This document shows, piece by piece, positions 51,575 to 63,720 of a stretch of DNA of 64,000 bases (position 1 is the stretch's first letter; each line of letters begins with the position of its first letter). Origin of the DNA: Octopus sinensis (Eukaryota); contig NC_043016.1 of the NCBI RefSeq assembly GCF_006345805.1, positions 12,028,001 to 12,092,000 of the forward strand, in the 5' to 3' direction. A model generated the notes under the pieces. That model ran no database searches. It was given only the letters and a program-made list of their open reading frames with translations, and was not told the DNA's origin. The translations under genes and the position numbers were made by a program.

Positions 51575-52734
51575 ACTAAAGGCGGTGCTCCAGCATGGCT
51601 GCAGTCAAATGACTGAAACAAGTAAAAGAATAAAAGAAAGAAAAGAAGGAATAGAATAAAAGCCACCTATCTTTCTCTCTCTCTTACCCCCTCTTCTCTC
51701 TTTAAAATGGTACCTTGTTGCAGTGTAGAACACTGACTGCAGCACCTTGACGGAAGCAATTATAGACTCTGTAGTTATGATGCGTTACATTAGATTTAGC
51801 AAATCAAAGTGCACTACATGTTCACATATGACAGGAATGTGAGTACATGTGGCCAAATGGTTTGGCTGTCAAGCTTGCGATCATAAAACGAGGAGGCTCA
51901 ATTCTCTGACCAGCTAAAACATTGTCCTTGAACAAAATGCTTTAATTTTTTTTTTGTTGCTCCAGGCCATATAGCTGAAAAATGAAATTATCTACTGCAG
52001 AATGGCATCTCACAGTCTATTAGCCCCTTAAAATTTTACAAATAGCTATTCGTAAAATCCCAAGAATAGATCAGAGTAGTAATTATACTAACGAGTAAAG
52101 TCATTTGCCACAAGCTAATTTGCTTGTTGCAAATCAGTGTTGATAATGATATATGGTGCATGAGGAGGAGCAATGACGTGAAGTTGTTGTGCAAGCCCTT
52201 GGCTGTGAGATAGATTATGGACGAAAAGAGGGGGCCGGCGTGTTGAGTGGGGCCAGGTGAAAGTAGTTAACTACTTGTATAATTAGCTTATTTGGTGAAG
52301 CACCAGTCCTTGTAACTGCAACAGAAGAGTCAGAGAATGAGGAGACAGCATAGCCACAAAGGGACACGTAGCAGCAGTCACTTCTCAATACAGGTGGATA
52401 TGGTGCAAAATTTCCCCTGTGTATGATGCCTGTTAATATATGGAGTGCAGAGGGGGGCACTGAGTGTACGTTTTACCTCCAGTTGCTGAGTAACTTTACA
52501 ACGCCATAACATGTCTAAGGAACAGAGGTTGCATTATGTTAGTGAGCGAGTCCTTGCCAAACAATGGAGTGGCTTTCATCAAGATCAGTGCTTCTTTTCA
52601 AACTTTTTGCTGGAGCGGAACACCAAGGAGACATTCCACTGGCTCGAGGAACCCCTGTGCAATAATTTAATAGTCTTATGCACACATATCTGTACAGGAG
52701 ACTTAAAAATTACTGCCGATTTTAACAGTTTTGT

Positions 52735-52809
52735 AACTTCTTGCGGAACCCCTGGACTGTACTGGCAGAACCCTAAGGTTCCATGGAACCCTGGTTGAAA
52801 ACTACTGAT
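52735..52809. mobile_element. hAT-type MITE end; similar ends at 6140 and 37978-38053
   Basis: ...GGAACCCTGGTTGAAAACTACTG; CAGTGGTTCCCAA; AAAGGTTGGGAACCACTG. Confidence 0.45.
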
Positions 52810-52849
52810 CAAGATACAGCATAGGATATTTGCAGTAATAGTGGCACTG

Positions 52850-53300
52850 TCCAGATGTTTGTGTGGGGGTCAGCAGTTTGGCCAGTGCCATATTTTATGA
52901 CAACCATGAAGGGTAAGGCTTTTCTTAGGGGTACAAATTTTTGGCTACGTGGGGTCGCCAGGAAAGATCAGAGATGGTAAGGCCTATCATATGTACTGGC
53001 TATGAAGGCTTTAGTTAGTTACATGTTGTCCAAGATAATGGCGTATGAGGTACGAGATTGCCTCCTTGATATGACAAGTGACGGGAGTTTATTATTTACT
53101 GTTGAAAGAGATAAAGTTATTATGCTTACACTTGTGAATGTTTTTGATGCAGGCTTGACATGTAATGTCTAGGCAGCATGCGGATGACGCCTTTGTATTT
53201 GGGAGGTCAAGGGAAGGTGAAGAGTGACGTTGTCTGTATTTGGGGTGACTACTGCATGAGTTGACAGCAAGCAGGTAAGAAGAAGAGGGTGGTGTAAAAA
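52850..53300 (-). pseudogene. Decayed CR1/Jockey-type LINE 3' fragment
   Basis: ISDLSWRPHVAK resembles xxDLSWxxHI; heavily degraded. Confidence 0.4.
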
Positions 53301-54852
53301 AAAATTTGATAAACATAACTGAGAGTTGAAATATTGAAATATGTTTGCACTGTCAGCCTATTTGACCTGTCTCCCTCTTTGTTCTGAACCAGATGATACA
53401 TAAACATACATTTAAAATACCCACATTGAAATTAAAACTGCCAATGATAATTTCATATAAAAAAAAAAAATTGTTAAATTGTGTTTCAAATAACAGCTTA
53501 ATAATGGCTTTAAATTTTAGCACAAAGGCAGTTAAGTTCAGCAGGTTGGGGTAAGTCCAGTGCTCAGATGGTATGCTTTTATTCTTTTATTCTTTTACTT
53601 ATTACAGTCATTTAACTGCAGCCATCTTATTCTTTGTAAGCCTAGTACTTATTCTATCGGCCTCTTTTGCCAAACCACTAAGTTACAAACCGCTAAGTTA
53701 CAGGGACGTAAATGCACCAGCATTGGTTGTCAAGTGATGTTGGTGGGGACAAACACAGATACACAAACACACACACACAGATACACAAACACACACTCAC
53801 ACACACACACACACATGCACATACAACAGGCTTCTTTCAGTTTCCGTCTACCAAATCAACTCACAAGGCTTTGGTTGGCCTAAGGCTACAGTAGACAACT
53901 GTTGCCCAAAGTGCCACGCAGTGGGACTGAACCTGGACCCATGTGGTTGGTAAGCAAGCTACTTACCACACAGCCACTCCTGGTACTTCGTTTATCAACC
54001 CCCAAAAGGATGAAAACCAAAGTTAACCTTGGTGGAATTTGAACAACAGAGCGTAGCCAGATTAAATACTGCTAAGCATTTTGCCTAGTGGTCAAATGAT
54101 TTTGCCAGGTTGCTGCCTTGGCCCATTAACATTTAATTCAGCCATATACAGCCTAAATATTCTACCTGTTTTATTTTAAAACTGACCAGATCCAACTTCT
54201 CACACCTACCCTACAATGTCATCCTAAAAATATACAAACACACTACTAAAATCTCAACACTATTAGATAATGTGTGATTAATTCAAAAGCAATGTGAATA
54301 AATAAGCAATACTTTTGACAAAACAATCTGAACACTAAAGTGTGAAATAACAACTTAAAACTAACATAGTTATTTCCTTTAGTAAATCTTTTCAAATTCT
54401 GAATTATTCTCAAATTTTATTTGAAAACATAGGCAGTATAGTTCCATGTAAGCGAAAATACAGTAATGAGAAAAACTACAAAAAAAAATATTCTTTTCTA
54501 CTCTGGGCACAATTTTTGGGGAGGGAGCCAGTCGATTAGATCGACCCCAGTACACAACTGATACTTAATTTATTGACCTTGAAAGGATGAAAGGCAAAGT
54601 CGACCTCAGCAGAATTTGAACTCAGAATGTAAACACAGACGAAATACTGCTAAGCATTTTGCTCAGGATGCTAATGTTTCTGCCAGTTCGCTGCCTTACT
54701 ACAAAAAAACATATTGTAATACAACTGTCATCATCATCATCATCATCGTTTAACATCTGCTTTCCATGCTGGCAAGGGTTGGACGGTTTGACTAAGGACT
54801 GGCAAGCCAGGAGGTTGTACCAGGCACCAGTCTGATCGTTTTTTTTTTTTTA

Positions 54853-55230
54853 ATTGTTTCAGTCATTTGACTGCGGCCATGCTGGAGCACCGCCTTTAGT
54901 CGAGCAAATCGACCCCGGGACTTATTCTTTGTAAGCCCAGTATTTATTCTATCAGCCTCTTTTTGCTGAACCGCTAAGTGACGGGGATGTAAACACACCG
55001 GCATTGGTTGTCAAGCAATGCTAGGGGGACAAACACACACACACACACATATATATATATACATATATACGACAGGCTTCTTTCAGTTTCCGTCTACCAA
55101 ATCCACTCACAAGGCATTGATCGGCCCGGGGCTATAGCAGAAGGCACTTGCCCAAGATGCCACGCAGTGGGACTGAACCCGGAACCATGTGGTTGGTTAG
55201 CAAGCTACTTACCACACAGCCACTCCTGCG
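54853..55230 (-). mobile_element. Family B SINE nested inside a family C element (about 54730-55410)
   Basis: Family C sequence is interrupted at ...ccagtctgatc and resumes gatctggcaatg; other minus-strand B copies near 16795-17228, 20075-20280, 24625-24935, 53586-53982 and 60061-60310. Confidence 0.8.
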
Positions 55231-56379
55231 CCGATCTGGCAATGTTTCTACAGCTGGATGCCCTTCCTAACTCTGAGAGTGTAGTGGGTGCTTTTTATGT
55301 GCCACCAGCACAGGAGTCAGTCAGGCAGCACTGGCATCAGTCATGTTCGGATGGTGCTTTTTACATGCCACCAGCACAGGGAGCCAGTCAGGCAGCACTG
55401 GCATCACCCACAACTACAATTGGGTTATGATAAACTAGTCTTTGTTGATTTGTTAATAAAAAGGATACTAAAATAATCAAAATACTAATGAACTTGTATG
55501 ATACTATTGATAGATTATTTTTTATAATAATGTCTTTGGATTCAGTCCCACTGCATGGCACCTTGAGCAAGTGTCTTCTGCTCAACTCAGGTCTGACTAA
55601 AAACTTGTGTGCGTGGATTTTGGAATATGTTTGTGTCCTGTTGCCTTCTTGACATCACATGATAACTGTAGACAAGCATCACTGTCATACAAGTTGTGTT
55701 GTTCATTTCCAATCTTCAGTGTTTTAACCATGGATGAGGAAATATTACTTTTCTTCAAAACAAGAGAGGGTTGGTTGGTTGGTTGGTTGGTGGAAGGGCA
55801 TTCATGTAGAGAAAATCTGCCTCAGTGAATTCTGTCTGACCCATGCAAGCACGGAAAAGTGGTCTATAAAGTGATGAATACAAGGATGATGATGATGATG
55901 GTGGTGGTGGTGGTGGTGGTGGTGGTGGTGGTGGTAGAGTGTATGGCAGTGGCAGCAGTGCCTGCAGAAGCAATGGCAGCAGCCGCAGTGGTGGATGGGT
56001 GGTGGTGGTGGTGGTGGTGATGTGACACCTTCACTGCATATTTAATCTTGGTCGGGTTTCTTTGAAATTTACCAATTTTTTTTTTTACAGAAACTTTACT
56101 AAATATGTTTTCCCCTAAAAAGATAAATAAAATAAAATAAAATAAAGACTCTAAATATTTGATTCCAGTTCAGAAAATTAACAGATTTACAAATATGTTA
56201 AGAGTGACATTTAATAAAAGAAATATAAATTAAGAACAATAGCCACAAGCATGGTTGTGTGGTGAAAAAGATTGCTTCTAAACCAAGTAGGTATGGTGCA
56301 ATGGGTATGTCTTCAACTATAGTCCCATGCCTACCAATGCTTTGTGAGTGAATTTACTAGATGGAAACTGTGCAAAAGC

Positions 56380-56968
56380 GTCGAGCTGGCAGAAACGTTA
56401 GCAACGCTGGGCGAAATGCTTTGTGGTATTTTGACAGCCGTTACGTTCTGTGTTCAAATTCTGCAGAGGTCAACTTTGCCTTTCATCCTTTCGGGGTCGA
56501 TTAAATAAATACCAGTTATGCACTGGGGTTGATATAATCGACTTAATCTGTTTGTCTGTCCTTGTTTGTCCCCTCTGTGTTTAGCCCCTTGTGGGTAGTA
56601 AAGAAATAGGTATTTCGTTTGCCATTACGTTCTGTGTTCAAATTCTGCAGAGGTCAACTTTGCCTTTCATCCTTTCGGGGTCGATTAAATAAATACCAGT
56701 TATGCACTGGGGTTGATATAATCGACTTAATCTGTTTGTCTGTCCTTGTTTGTCCCCTCTGTGTTTAGCCCCTTGTGGGTAGTAAAGAAATAGGTATTTC
56801 GTTTGCCATTACGTTCTGTGTTCAAATTCTGCAGAGGTCAACTTTGCCTTTCATCCTTTTGGGGTCAATAAATTAAGTACCAGTTACGCACTGGGGTCGA
56901 TGTAATTGACTTAATCCTTTTGTTTGTCCTTTCTATGTTTAGCCCCTTGTGGGCAATAAAGAAATAGG
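56380..56968 (+). mobile_element. tRNA-derived SINE (family A) trimer with 184-bp period and flanking TSD
   Basis: Head gtcgagctggcagaaacgttagc; body starts at 56441, 56625 and 56809; direct repeat GGAAACTGTGCAAAAGC at 56363-56379 and 56967-56983; inserted in an older family-B-like SINE. Confidence 0.85.
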
Positions 56969-57028
56969 AAACTGTGCAAAAGCCTGTCATGTGTATGCAT
57001 TTGCATATGGATGTATTTATGTATTATG

Positions 57029-57062
<34 letters not shown>

Positions 57063-58250
57063 TGTATGTATGTATGTATGTATGCTCATGTCTGTGTATG
57101 TATCTTTGCAATTGTGTTTGTCTCCTCTAACACTATTTGATAAGCAATATTCATTTGTTTACATTCTTCTAACTTAACAGTTCAACAAACAAAAGCTAAA
57201 TGGATAGAATAAAACCAGGCTTTAAAATATGTATTTATACTGAAGGTCGATTTGATAATCTAAACCCTTCAAGCCATTGCTCCTGCACAATCACAGTTCT
57301 ATGACGGGAACCAGAGGCATCACCAGGTTTTGAAGTTAGTGGTAGCATATGAAAGAAGGTTCTGTGACATATACCAAAGCACAGAATTTTCTCAGTGAAC
57401 AGGCTGTGGTCTCAAAGCGACAAAAATATTTTGACAAATTAAATTTAAAATTTACATGCTGAAGTGAAATTAACAGTTTTTGTTTGTTTTTAAATTGCAT
57501 ATAAACACCTTCCACGCTGCTATGGTTTTTGTTTCAGCACACGATCTCAGATTAGGACACTTGCTATGCAAGTACATCTCCATAATCTTTAACTCGTTTT
57601 TCTTATATAATATAAAATATTTCATGAGTTATAATAAACGATTTTTATTCTACCAGGGGCAGACTGAGCTGTCAGTCAATTGGGCACTGCCTGAGGGCCC
57701 AGAGTTTTGAGGAGCCTGCACTCTACATGTTATCTGTACTAATATCAATGCTAAGGAGCCTGGTAAACAGTTATGCCAGGGGTCCCTTAATACTCTCAGT
57801 CCACCCCTGTATTCTACATTCATTAGTTTCATATTTCGGTAACAATGTCATTATGTATGGAACTTATAATGACTGATATAGCTAAATGAAGATTTTAAAA
57901 TATTGTTGAGGCAGCACCAGTTTTGAAAATGTACTCAAAGGGTAGCAGTCACTCTCTTTGCTCCCCTATTAGCTACACTACTGACTGGAACCAGCAAAAG
58001 TACAAATGAGTGAAAAGACATGTAAATTCCATGTTGGAGAAATTCAGTTGTTTTAAAAAAAAAAGAAATTTTATTTTCTTCAAAACTCTTCCTCTGCAAA
58101 CACAATAATATAAACAGAGAGAGAGAGAGAGAGGGAGAGAGAGAGAAAGAGAGAGAGAGAGAGCAGATATAGAAGACCTGGCTAAGACTAGACTAGATGT
58201 TATTAAAGAAGCAATAATCATCGCAGATATACACTACGTGTCTATATACC

Positions 58251-58667
58251 TATTTCTTTACTACCCACAAGGGGCTAATCACAGAGAGGACAAACAAGGA
58301 CAGACATACGGATTAAGTCGATTATATCAACACCAGTGCGTAACTAGTACTTATTTAATCAACCCTGAAGGGATGAAAGGCAAAGTTGACCTTGGCGGAA
58401 TTTGAACTCACAATGTAATGACAGATGAAATACCTATTTCTTTACTACCCACAAGGGGCTATACACAGAGAGGACAAAGAAGGACAGACAAACTGATAAG
58501 GTCGATTATATTGACCCCAGTGCATAACTGGTACTTAATTTATCGACCCCGAAAGGATGAAAGGCAAAGTCGACCTCGGCGGAATTTGAACTCAGAACGT
58601 AACGGCAGACGACATACGGCTACGCATTTCGCCCGGCGTGCTAACGTTTCTGCCAGCTCGCCACCTT
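58251..58667 (-). mobile_element. Family A SINE dimer with TSD
   Basis: Same tail-to-internal junction (AAAGAAATAGG|TATTTC) as the trimer; direct repeat GTGTCTATATACC at 58238-58250 and 58672-58684. Confidence 0.85.
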
Positions 58668-60269
58668 ATATGTGTCTATATACCATTGCTGTGTACGGTA
58701 GATTGGCAATCTATTGAAACTGTCTTTGGTATATCTCTGAAGGTTTTCAACATCATTTAATCCAAGACATGTTAGTTTGGTTGCTGCCATCGTTTTTTCA
58801 AAGCAAAAATCCACGGAAATATTTGAATCATCATCACAAACTAATGAATCATTTGCAAAACTTTATGCTACCAGGTTCTTGCAGCAGCATACTGTGCTCC
58901 ACACTGCAAGAATCTTATTACTGCCAAGTTGACTCAGCATAAAGAAATCTTGAAGATAATCATAATATATAAACAACACTGTTTCAGTCAATAAACTTGA
59001 CTCTTTAGCATTTAAACTGGCCATGTCTTGCCCAGTTATTATAACTGTCTTGTGTTGAAATTTGCCAGATTCAGCCTCTCACACCTACCATACAATGTTA
59101 TTCTGAAAATACATCATTGAACTCCTAAAGCTATGAGGTAATGTATAATTAATTCAAAACAATGTGAATAAATAAGATGATTTACTGAATGGTTAAAGCA
59201 AATCGTTCAGATGTTACTGTTAAACCTTTGGAGATGGAGCCTCATTTGAAGTTTCAGTGCCAAGAAGATGGGGCCCTTTTCACAAGCCCTATAGAGAGCA
59301 TGCACTTATTTTTCAAAAGATTTATAAGAAATAAAGTAATTACTTTACATGTATAAAGTTATATATATTCTTGTTGGAAATTGAATGAACTAACACAATC
59401 TTCCTAATTCAACTTTTCAGCCAATAGTTTGGCTCTGTCATCTCCTTAAGGGTAAAGACCACCAGGAAAGAAATATGTAAACCTTTGCCATTTAAACCAT
59501 CCATATCCAGCTCAAATATTCTATCAGTTTTATGTTCAAACTGGTCAGATCCTGCCTCTCACACCATACCCTACAATATCATTCTAAAGATAAACAAGAG
59601 CACTCAGAGTGCGCAAAACTCTGCCAAGGCAACACCAACATCCTCTCAATGATTAGCCAGAGATGATTTTTAAAATGAGAATATCTGAAATAAACTCGAC
59701 TGCTCTCACAAACGTGAATACTAAAAATGAACCCGACCATTCTCAAAAATTAAGTAAAAAAAAAACTGGAAAAATAATCCAGAATCCTTGTCCGGTATCG
59801 GATCAATCACAAAATCTAATCAGTTTGTGCCAGTCACGAAGCCAAACATCCCTGAAATTTTAATCTGAATTCATTCAGCAGTTCAAGTTACTAGATAATG
59901 AATGATTAATTGGAAACAATTAATTACATTTGACAGAATAATCTGAATGCTAAAGAGTTAAATTAGTCCATTGATAGCAACGTGACCTTGTAGTTACAAA
60001 GCTGCACTGGTAATTACAAGATTGTAGTTTCAATTCATGGACCTAATGGTGCATTATACTCTTTTACTTGTTTCAGTCATTTGATTGTGGCCATGCTGGA
60101 GCACTGCCTTTAGTCGAGCAAATCGACCCAGGACTTATTCTTTGTAAGCCTAGTACTTATTCTATCGGTCTCTTTTGCTGAACCACTAAGTTACGGGGAC
60201 GTAAACACACCAGCATCGGCTGTCAAGCGATGTTGGGGGGACAAACATAGACACACAAGCATATACACA

Positions 60270-60318
<49 letters not shown>

Positions 60319-60351
60319 TTTTTTTTCTCTAGTCTCGAGAGTCAGTGCATG

Positions 60352-60507
60352 GAGTGGCTGTGTGGTAAGTAGCTTACTTACCAACCACATGGTACCGGGT
60401 TCAGTCCCACTGCGTGGTACCTTGGGGAAGTGTCTTCTACTATAGCCTGGGCCGACCAAAGCCTTGTGAGTGGATTTGGTAGACAGAAACTGAAAGAAGC
60501 CCATCGC

Positions 60508-60541
<34 letters not shown>

Positions 60542-60551
60542 TTATCTATAT

Positions 60552-60587
<36 letters not shown>
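60352..60587 (+). mobile_element. 5' half of a family B SINE plus (TCTA)n(TA)n, abutting the 93-bp array
   Basis: GGAGTGGCTGTGTGGTAAG...GAAAGAAGCCCATCG followed by microsatellite; the usual middle section is absent. Confidence 0.8.
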
Positions 60588-62653
60588 AAACAAGTAAAAG
60601 ATAAAAGATATACTGGGATTGATTTGTTCAACTAAAACCCTTCAAGGTGGTGCCCCAGCATGGCCACAGTCCAATGACTGAAACAAGTAAAAGATAAAAG
60701 ATATACTGGGATTGATTTGTTCAACTAAAACCCTTCAAGGTGGTGCCCCAGCATGGCCATAGTCCAATGACTGAAACAAGTAAAAGATAAAAGATATACT
60801 GGGATTGATTTGTTCAACTAAAACCCTTCAAGGTGGTGCCCCAGCATGGCCACAGTCCAATGACTGAAACAAGTAAAAGATAAAAGATATACTGGGATTG
60901 ATTTGTTCAACTAAAACCCTTCAAGGTGGTGCCCCAGCATGGCCATAGTCCAATGACTGAAACAAGTAAAAGATAAAAGATATACTGGGATTGATTTGTT
61001 CAACTAAAACCCTTCAAGGTGGTGCCCCAGCATGGCCAGAGTCCAATGACTGAAACAAGTAAAAGATAAAAGATATACTGGGATTGATTTGTTCAACTAA
61101 AACCCTTCAAGGTGGTGCCCCAGCATGGCCACAGTCCAATGACTGAAACAAGTAAAAGATAAAAGATATACTGGGGTTGATTTGTTCAACTAAAACCCTT
61201 CAAGGTGGTGCCCCAGCATGGCCAGAGTCCAATGACTGAAACAAGTAAATGATAAAAGATATACTGGGATTGATTTGTTCAACTAAAACCCTTCAAGGTG
61301 GTGCCCCAGCATGGCCACAGTCCAATGACTGAAACAAGTAAAAGATAAAAGATATACTGGGATTGATTTGTTCAACTAAAACCCTTCAAGGTGGTGCCCC
61401 AGCATGGCCATAGTCCAATGACTGAAACAAGTAAAAGATAAAAGATATACTGGGGTTGATTTGTTCAACTAAAACCCTTCAAGGTGGTGCCCCAGCATGG
61501 CCATAGTCCAATGACTGAAACAAGTAAAAGATAAAAGATATACTGGGGTTGATTTGTTCAACTAAAACCCTTCAAGGTGGTGCCCCAGCATGGCCATAGT
61601 CCAATGACTGAAACAAGTAAAAGATAAAAGATATACTGGGATTGATTTGTTCAACTAAAACCCTTCAAGGTGGTGCCCCAGCATGGCCAGAGTCCAATGA
61701 CTGAAACAAGTAAATGATAAAAGATATACTGGGATTGATTTGTTCAACTAAAACCCTTCAAGGTGGTGCCCCAGCATGGCCACAGTCCAATGACTGAAAC
61801 AAGTAAAAGATAAAAGATATACTGGGGTTGATTTGTTCAACTAAAACCCTTCAAGGTGGTGCCCCAGCATGGCCACAGTCCTATGAGTGAAATAAGTAAA
61901 AGATAAGTGATATACTGTGATTGATTTGTTCAACTAAAACCCTTCAAGGTGGTGCCCCAGCATGGCCATAGTCCAATGACTGAAACAAGTAAAAGATAAA
62001 AGATATACTGGGATTGATTTGTTCAACTAAAACCCTTCAAGGTGGTGCCCCAGCATGGCCACAGTCCATGACTGAAACAAGTAAAAGATAAAAGATATAC
62101 TGGGATTGATTTGTTCAACTAAAACCTTCAAGGTGGTGCCCCAGCATGGCCACAGTCCAATGACTGAAACAAGTAAAAGATAAAAGATATACTGGGATTG
62201 ATTTGTTCAACTAAAACCCTTCAAGGTGGTGCCCCAGCATGGCCACAGTCCACTGACTGAAACAAGTAAAAGATAAAAGATATACTGGGATTGATTTGTT
62301 CAACTAAAACCCTTCAAGGTGGTGCCCCAGCATGGCCATAGTCCAATGACTGAAACAAGTAAAAGATAAAAGAATACTGGGATTGATTTGTTCAACTAAA
62401 ACCCTTCAAGGTGGTGCCCCAGCATGGCCATAGTCCAATGACTGAAACAAGTAAAAGATAAAAGATATACTGGGATTGATTTGTTCAACTAAAACCCTTC
62501 AAGGTGGTGCCCCAGCATGGCCACATTCCAATGACTGAAACAAGTAAAAGATAAAAGATATACTGGGATTGATTTGTTCAACTAAAACCCTTCAAGGTGG
62601 TGCCCCAGCATGGCCACAGCCCAATGACTGAAACAAGTAAAAGATAAAAGATA
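60588..62653 (+). repeat. Tandem array of a 93-bp unit (22 full copies plus a 23-bp partial) derived from the 3' end of a SINE
   Basis: Unit AAACAAGTAAAAGATAAAAGATATACTGGGATTGATTTGTTCAACTAAAACCCTTCAAGGTGGTGCCCCAGCATGGCCACAGTCCAATGACTG starts at 60588, 60681, 60774 ... 62538; homologous to SINE tails such as 37070-37150. Confidence 0.95.
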
Positions 62654-63139
62654 CACACACACACAACAGGATTCTCTCTGTTTGTCTAGCAGATCCACTG
62701 ACAAGGTTTTGGCTGGCCTGAGGCTATAGCAGAAGACACTTGCCAAAGGTACTATGCAGTGGGACTGAACCTAGAACCATGTGATTAAAAAAACTAGCTT
62801 CTTAACACATAGCCATGTCTGTCCCTATAAACACGATTTGTTTTTTAATAGCCAAAAAAATTATAAGTTATATTAACAATTCATCCAAAGAACTGAATAT
62901 ATTTTTCAAAAACCCCAACAAAGAAAAACTGAAATGGAAAGGAGATATATTATCTATAATGGTTCTTCAATGATCTTATAAATGGTAAATTTCAAGACAT
63001 GTCTTTCTAAATACTTAAAAGTTTTTATGAATGTAAAACATAAACATCACTTAGTGAAATGCTTATTTCTAGAAATGCTATTTATTAATGGATTTTCCCC
63101 CTCTTTTTCTTTTAAATGGTTGATCCTTTATTTATTTAT

Positions 63140-63372
63140 TTAATTTTTATTATTATTATTACTACCATTATTATTATTATTGTTGTTATTATTATTATTA
63201 TTATTATTACTATTACTATCATTATTATTGTTGTTGTTGTTATTATTATTATTATTATTACTATTACTACTACCATTATTATTGTTGTTGTTATTATTAT
63301 TATTATCATTATTATTATTATTACCATTATTGTTGTTATTATTATTATTACCATTATTGTTGTTGTTATTAC

Positions 63373-63404
<32 letters not shown>

Positions 63405-63720
63405 GTATTAGTATTAGTATTATCATCATCTTTTGATTTCTAAGTCTTAATGCATTTTCTTTCCAAAGATAAAGAATACTTTTCAAAAGATTTTTGCCTG
63501 GTTAAGTATACAGTTTGTTTTTGTTTTGTCACTGATTTTTTTCTTTAATCTTTTCTTTATTTTATATCATTTCGTTTTTTTGAGTGAGTCTTTTTTCTCT
63601 TTTGCTTCTTTCATTTATCTTTCTTCTTCTTCTTCTTCTTCTTCTTCTTCTTCTTCTTCTTCTTCTTCTTCTTCTTCTTCTTCTCTTCTTCTTCTTCTTC
63701 TTCTTCTTCTTCTTCTTTTT
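63140..63720. repeat. Compound (ATT/GTT/ACC)n then (TTC)n trinucleotide tracts
   Basis: Source of the poly-I, poly-L and poly-S ORFs. Confidence 0.92.

Noticed and set aside
60588-60680. Hammerhead ribozyme in the 93-bp unit (hairpin followed by GAAAC)
   Set aside because: No CUGANGA precedes the AGTC/GACT stem (it reads CATGGCCAC), and no core is present on the other strand.
60588-62653. CRISPR-like array
   Set aside because: Units are contiguous and near-identical with no unique spacers; the unit is a SINE tail; no cas genes; eukaryotic context.
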